64,000 nt of DNA from positions 32,008,628 through 32,072,627 of the forward strand of contig OZ037767.1 of the NCBI GenBank assembly GCA_964035545.1, in the 5' to 3' direction. Positions within the stretch are counted from its first letter, which is position 1; each line of letters starts with the position of its first letter. The notes below the pieces were generated by a model that did no database searches, was not told where the DNA came from, and worked only from the letters and a program-made list of their open reading frames with translations. Source of the DNA: Bugula neritina. Its lineage: Eukaryota; Animalia; Bryozoa. Made by a program: the position numbers and the translations under genes. Positions 58,501 to 64,000 of this stretch are shown here, piece by piece.

Positions 58501-61500
58501 TATGTATAGTGTGAGGAGATATGTATAGTGTGAGGGGATATGTATAGTGTGAGGGGATATGTACAGTGTGAGGGGATATGTACAGTGTGAGGAGATATGT
58601 ACAGTGTGAGGGGATATGTACAGTGTGAGGAGATATGTATAGTGTGAGGGGATATGTATAGTGTGAGGGGATATGTACAGTGTGAGGGGATATGTATAGT
58701 GTGAGGGGATATGTATAGTGTGAGGAGATATGTATAGTGTGAGGAGATATGTATAGTGTGAGGGGATATGTATAGTGTGAGGGGATATGTACAGTGTGAG
58801 GAGATATGTATAGTGTGAGGGGATATGTATAGTGTGAGGAGATATGTATAGTGTGAGGGGATATGTATAGTGTGAGGGGATATGTACAGTGTGAGGGGAT
58901 ATGTATAGTGTGAGGGGATATGTACAGTGTGAGGGGATATGTACAGTGTGAGGGGATATGTATAGTGTGAGGGGATATGTATAGTGTGAGGAGATATGTA
59001 CAGTGTGAGGTGCATCTAGAATGTTCTATTGTGTTGTGTGAATGGGGAAAGGAATCTCAACAATGTACATGAATTAACTTATAACACATGCTGCTGGTCT
59101 GTGGATGATTTACTGCAGCCTTTGAGGAACCCTTCAGTGTATAATATATAGCATTATATAGCAGTATATAGTAGTATATAGTAGTATATAGCAGTATATA
59201 GCAGTATATAGCAGTATATAGCAGTATATAGTAGTATATAGCAGTATATAGCAGTATATAGTAGTATATAGCATTATATAGTAGTATATAGCAGTATATA
59301 GCAGTATATAGCAGTATATAGTAGTATATAGTAGTATATAGCAGTATATAGTAGTGTATAGCAGTATATAGTAGTATATAGCATTATATAGCAGTATATA
59401 GTAGTATATAGTAGTATATAGTAGTATATAGCAGTATATAGCAGTATATAGCAGTATATAGTAGTATATAGTAGTATATAGCAGTATATAGCAGTATATA
59501 GTAGTATATAGCATTATATAGCATTATATAGCAGTATATAGTAGTATATAGCAGTATATAGTAGTATATAGCAGTATATAGCAGTATATAGTAGTATATA
59601 GCAGTATATAGCAGTATATAGCATTATATAGCAGTATATAGCATTATATAGCAGTATATAGCAGTATATAGCATTATATAGTAGTATATAGCAGTATATA
59701 GCATTATATAGTAGTATATAGCAGTATATAGCAGTATATAGCAGTATATAGCATTATATAGTAGTATATAGCAGTATATAGCATTATACAGCAGTATATA
59801 GCAGTATATAGTAGTATATAGCAGTATATAGCAGTATATAGCATTATATAGCATTATATAGCAGTATATAGTAGTATATAGCAGTATATAGTAGTATATA
59901 GCAGTATATAGCAGTATATAGTAGTATATAGCAGTATATAGCAGTATATAGCATTATATAGCAGTATATAGCATTATATAGCAGTATATAGCAGTATATA
60001 GCATTATATAGTAGTATATAGCAGTATATAGCATTATATAGTAGTATATAGCAGTATATAGCAGTATATAGCAGTATATAGCATTATATAGTAGTATATA
60101 GCAGTATATAGCATTATACAGCAGTATATAGCAGTATATAGTAGTATATAGCAGTATATAGCAGTATATAGCATTATATAGCAGTATATAGCATTATATA
60201 GCAGTATATAGCAGTATATAGTAGTGTATAGCAGTATATAGTAGTATATAGCATTATATAGCAGTATATAGTAGTATATAGTAGTATATAGCAGTATATA
60301 GCAGTATATAGCAGTATATAGTAGTATATAGTAGTATATAGCAGTATATAGCAGTATATAGTAGTATATAGCATTATATAGCATTATATAGCAGTATATA
60401 GTAGTATATAGCAGTATATAGTAGTATATAGCAGTATATAGCAGTATATAGTAGTATATAGCAGTATATAGCAGTATATAGCATTATATAGCAGTATATA
60501 GCATTATATAGCAGTATATAGCAGTATATAGCATTATATAGTAGTATATAGCAGTATATAGCATTATATAGTAGTATATAGCAGTATATAGCAGTATATA
60601 GCAGTATATAGCATTATATAGTAGTATATAGCAGTATATAGCATTATACAGCAGTATATAGCAGTATATAGTAGTATATAGCAGTATATAGCAGTATATA
60701 GCATTATATAGCAGTATATAGCATTATATAGCAGTATATAGCAGTATATAGCATTATATAGTAGTATATAGCAGTATATAGCAGTATATAGTAGTATATA
60801 GCAGTATATAGCAGTATATAGCAGTATATAGTAGTATATAGCAGTATATAGCAGTATATAGCAGTATACAGCATTATACAGCAGTATATAGTAGTATATA
60901 GCATTATATAGCAGTATATAGCAGTATATAGTAGTATATAGCAGTATATAGCAGTATATAGCAGTATATAGTAGTATATAGCAGTATATAGTAGTATATA
61001 GTAGTATATAGTAGTATATAGTAGTATATAGTAGTATATAGCAGTATATAGCAGTATATAGCAGTATATAGCAGTATACAGCAGTATACAGCAGTATATA
61101 GCAGTAGATACACAATACATGTAACTGTTACGTAACACCTGTAATCCCCTTTGCTAATGTGGCCAGTGTCCATCATCACCCCCTTTATTTTGGTCACTGA
61201 ACCTGCATTACCTCCATATATTACTATATTATATTATGTAATATTGTACTACCTAGCTAAAGACATGGACGTGGTCACTGAACCTGCATTACCTCTATAT
61301 ATTACTATATTATATTATATAACATTGTACTGCCTAGCTAAAGACATGGACGTGGAGAGGGTGGAGATGACGGAGCAGATATTCAGATGGATGCTGAATG
61401 AAGACCAGATGTCCACCGATAAACTGTCTGAGGGAATTCGTAAGTTCAAGGCCGATGGTAGAAAACTTGAGACCCTGTTGAGGTCAAAGTTGGAGGCGTA

Positions 61501-61501
61501 G
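52560..61501 (+). CDS. TALDO1: Transaldolase, about 335 aa
   Basis: Exons 52560-52668, 53654-53777, 53959-54066, 54477-54669, 56121-56232, 56774-56971, 61338-61501 (1008 nt). Motifs [25 protein letters not shown], Schiff-base Lys in [53 protein letters not shown]. Confidence 0.97.
53803..53942. repeat. 14-bp repeat, about 10 copies, filling TALDO1 intron 2
   Basis: Unit GTCAGTACTACTCT. Confidence 0.92.
54086..54311. repeat. 66-bp repeat, about 3.4 copies, TALDO1 intron 3
   Basis: ATGTTGTAATATA recurs at 54086, 54152, 54218 and 54284. Confidence 0.88.
54674..55373. repeat. 15-bp minisatellite, about 46 copies, starting 4 nt into TALDO1 intron 4
   Basis: Unit GTGTT(G/A)TATACAGAC. Confidence 0.96.
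56298..56770. repeat. 45-bp minisatellite, about 10.5 copies, ending at the TALDO1 exon 6 acceptor
   Basis: Unit TATAAGTATACTATTCTGTACTCTATACTGTATATACCTGTATTA; the last TTCTGTACTC is followed directly by CAG. Confidence 0.95.
56972..59010. repeat. 19-bp minisatellite, about 107 copies, starting at the TALDO1 exon 6 donor GT
   Basis: Unit GTGAGGGGATATGTA(C/T)AGT. Confidence 0.97.
59144..61107. repeat. 10-bp satellite, about 195 copies, with higher-order structure
   Basis: Variants GCAGTATATA, GTAGTATATA and GCATTATATA in constant register. Confidence 0.97.
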
Positions 61502-61779
61502 GCGGGTACAGACTGTAGGTGTTATAGGCCTAGGGCTATAGCCCATCTAATCTCCTTATTATAACTATGCATATTATAATCTCTAATTGTACACAGGCCA
61601 CTCTGGCACAGAGGTCAAAGGTTAATCAATAGCCACTGTAGACATTAAACTCCAGATTCTAAACTTGTCTTTCTAAATGACAACTAGCTGCATCTACCTC
61701 CAGTTGTCACCATATATTTTATATTCTTTTTATAAACCTTATTGCATGAAAGGAAAGTAGGTCACCTATGTCATACAGT

Positions 61780-61800
61780 TTTATTGAATAAAGGAATAAA
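61780..61800. terminator. Back-to-back candidate polyadenylation signals between convergent TALDO1 and secreted-protein genes
   Basis: TTTATT (61780-61785, AATAAA on -), then AATAAA at 61787 and 61795 (+). Confidence 0.5.
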
Positions 61801-62103
61801 ATAAATATATTGTAATAAATATATATTTTATTATGTGAGTTATAATGACACCATACAAACTACACATGCACACCATAATACATGTCAGGAGTTAACATCT
61901 GTTTTGACTAGTATACTTTCATACAAATACTGTAAGCTTAAGCTTGGGAAGACAATTGGTGCTGCCCATCTCTTCTCACACAGCCGCCACTGACAAGAGG
62001 GCGTGCCAGTGTTAGCATGATTATACCAAGCACTAATCCAGGGCTAATCCAGTGTAATTCATGACAGATAATGTTGATGTTAATCCGTGGTGTTAGCTGG
62101 TGT

Positions 62104-64000
62104 TTATGGTAATGGGGGGATATAGGGGGTATAATCTCCTATGTGTTGTACACTGCACCTCTAATACTCTATTAAGTAGTGGAGTACACAGTCACTGAGT
62201 AAGCTGTCACTGAGTAGCCCTTGATCTTGATTGAAAGTAAGCCGTGGGAATTGATGTCTTTACTTCAGCTGTTGGGTTATTGTAGTTATCTTAGTACAGG
62301 CTAAAATATCATCAAACATTTAGCAGTTTTTACTCACCACACCAACATCTTCTATTAGAAAACTGCACAGTTGTACCAAATTACCATCAAACTTATGAAA
62401 CAGTGGATTGGCTTTGCCTAAATAGCTTTTTAAGGGAAATAATGACTACGAGGTGATGATATATTCAATTAAAACAACTGAATCACCCACAGGTATTTAT
62501 AGCACCAGAAATCAAGCTATAACAATGGAGAAAAGCCATTTGTGGCACCAGGAAACTAGTCGGAGCATTGGAGAAGAATGTTACCAAATAGGCAGTACTT
62601 ACGTCTTCCACTGTTATCACATATCATTCGCTCCTCCGTGGCTTGTTGAACTCTGTTCACAGGTTGCTAAGAAAAAAGGAAAGAAACCATGTCATTGGAA
62701 TGCATATTATACACAGTACAACGGTTTCATAGCAGATATCTGCTGCGTTTTTCTATTTCTGTTTCCTGAAACAGAATACATTTCTATGCTAAATTATGTT
62801 CTCATAGCTACTCACATTTATTCTTGTTTGTGTGATGACTCCTCCATTTCCTAATCCAGCTCCTTGTCCTAATCCAGCCCCTTGTCTTATACCAGCCCCT
62901 TGTCCTAATCCAGCCCCTTGTCCTAATCCAGCTCCCTGTCTTATACCAACCCCCTGTCCTAGTGCTGCATCTTGTTTGACTCCATTTCCTTTTTTCTTAG
63001 CTCCACCTTTTCCTGTGCCTTTATTTCCTCCTCTTGGAGCTGCTACTTTTTGTACTACTGGAGGACTGACAACCCTGTTGCTCCCTTGTTGGGCCCCTGT
63101 GTTTTGTACAATAGGAAGGCTGGCAGCTCTGTTGCTCCCTTGTTGGGCCCCTGTGTTTTGTACAATAGGAAGGCTGGCAGCTCTGTTGCTCCCTTGTTGG
63201 GCCCCTGTGTTTTGTACAATAGGAAGACTGGCAGCCCTGTTGCTCCCTTGTTGGTTTCCTCGGTTTGCTCTGCTGCGGCCATTATTTGATCCTCTACCTC
63301 CATTACTAGTTCCAGCCCCTCCGCCTGCGTTGGTAAATCCACCACCACCATTGTTGAATCCACCACCACCATTGTTGGAGACCACCACACCGTCTCCATT
63401 GGTTGTGTCAAACTGAAATTCGTTATCAAAGTTTGTGTTGGTGCTGCCATCTCCCCTGTTGGCCAGGTTTTGTATATTAGGAGCAGCAATTCCCAGCGGG
63501 AACCTCTGATTCACGTTATTGAATAGAACATTGAGTGTTCTCTGAGCGTCTGCTAGCTGCTTCTCTCTCTGCCTTCTCTCTTCCTCTTCTTTTCTAGCTT
63601 GAGCTTCTGCCTTCTCACGCTTTCTTCTTTCCCTGTCTAGCTTCTTTTGCTCAGCTGGAGATATTGGCTGAGGATTGAAAAAGTTGTCATTCTGAAATCC
63701 CTGAAATCCCCCATTGTTATTGGGCTGGAATCCCTGGATTCCTTGGTCATCAGCAAAAGGGGATTCCCCGAAGTTGGGGTCATTGAAGTCATCTGGAAAG
63801 TCATTGAATTGCCCAAAATCGTTCGTTTGACTTCTAAAATTTGAAAGCATAAATTAAAATCTTGTTGAATTGCATCTTAAAAATATTTTATATTGTTTAT
63901 TATTGCAAAAGTTTTATGCTAAAAATGAATAAATGTTTGACTAGTTTTACTTGATATACTTACTGGGCCAATGCAATGACCACAAGTAGTAGAAACAAGA
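62104..64000 (-). CDS. Secreted low-complexity Gly/Asn/Gln-rich repetitive protein; start lies beyond the right edge
   Basis: Exons (-): 63964->64000 (LFLLLVVIALAQ, signal-like), 62816-63833 (main ORF), then probable 62603-62666, 62338-62417, 62104-62160 in consistent phase. Contains an FND/FQ-rich acidic region, a charged helix, 18-aa repeats, QGAG(L/I)(G/R) repeats and a short Cys-containing tail. Confidence 0.75.

Noticed and set aside
56937-61197. 692-aa His/Pro/Tyr ORF and nearby YYILL ORFs
   Set aside because: Antisense translations of the 19-bp and 10-bp arrays within TALDO1 intron 6.
62727-62765. Alternative terminal exon ETEIEKRSRYLL* for the secreted protein
   Set aside because: It needs a 50-nt intron; the acceptor at 62666 has a stronger pyrimidine tract and leads to further in-phase exons.

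Overview
AT-rich, intron-rich invertebrate nuclear DNA, not prokaryotic. A lophotrochozoan source is only a guess. Most long ORFs in the supplied track are translations of tandem repeats. Manual splicing gives nine gene models: two tandem MOXD1/DBH-like copper monooxygenases (-), an FMRFamide-receptor-like class A GPCR (-), an LRRC74-like LRR protein with two EF-hands (+), a small defensin-like secreted peptide gene with an in-frame TAG (+), two tandem gustatory-receptor-like 7TM ion channels (+), transaldolase (+), and a secreted Gly/Asn/Gln-rich repetitive protein (-). There is also a TA-flanked MITE, a tRNA-derived relic and a 41-bp insertion with a 15-bp target duplication. The strongest unexplained pattern is that many introns carry their own minisatellite starting at an exon edge. 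At least 11 of these units copy the splice junction itself and 2 copy the stop codon, producing up to about 100 decoy splice sites per intron. Exon coordinates were read by eye from GT(GC)-AG sites and frame continuity; copy numbers are approximate.
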